From: a virus | Taxonomy: Duplodnaviria; Caudoviricetes | Reading direction: 5' to 3' (one strand) | DNA length: 56,124 nt | Virus record (IMG/VR): IMGVR_UViG_3300047478_000286 | Coordinates: 1-56,124 of that record | In this document: positions 56,056 to 56,124 of the stretch, in pieces | How the letters are laid out: each line of letters opens with the position of its first letter | Position numbering within the stretch: position 1 is the stretch's first letter | Position numbers and translations under genes: made by a program | Notes under the pieces: generated by a model | Databases searched by the model: none | Seen by the model: the letters and a program-made list of their open reading frames with translations, nothing else | What the model was told of the DNA's origin: nothing

Positions 56056-56124
56056 AAAGCTGCAAATTTGCGTTCTAAGCGTCGAAAAAAACGAAGAGCT
56101 ACGATGAAACGACTTAGAAAGAGA

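Noticed and set aside
1-56124. tRNA/rRNA genes and remaining minus-strand ORFs
   Set aside because: No cloverleaf or T-loop signature seen by eye (tRNAscan-SE not run); other minus ORFs overlap better-supported plus-strand genes

Overview
This 56-kb, AT-rich window comes from a large dsDNA phage or phage-plasmid. All convincing genes are on the + strand except one antisense HNH endonuclease gene. Layout: (i) end of a putative virion/tail module (1-3215); (ii) a replication/recombination/nucleotide-metabolism block (phoH, Hfq/LSm-like, dnaB, primase, NAD-dependent ligase, cobT/cobS-like vWA + MoxR pair, dnaE with a C-terminal UDG-like domain, UvsY-like, gp32-like SSB, 5'-3' exonuclease, recA, sbcD/sbcC, ruvC, nrdA/nrdB, thyA, folA, dnaQ), which resembles the SSU5/pHCM2 phage-plasmid group in gene content; (iii) an accessory region of small, often secreted or membrane proteins. 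Most notable signals: (1) about 20 copies of an 18-bp palindrome TAAGT-N8-ACTTA at gene junctions, suggesting an operator/stoperator-like network; (2) a recurring non-canonical promoter, (TAGCC-N4-5-)NNRCC-N12-13-TATAAT; (3) a roughly 700-nt non-coding stretch (54985-55686) made almost entirely of helices with + strand G-U pairs, a candidate large ncRNA; (4) a c4-like antisense RNA; (5) interrupted genes: an in-frame TAA in cobT, split nrdA and a collapsed RNA-ligase-like remnant. All family assignments come from motif recognition by eye; no database search was run.
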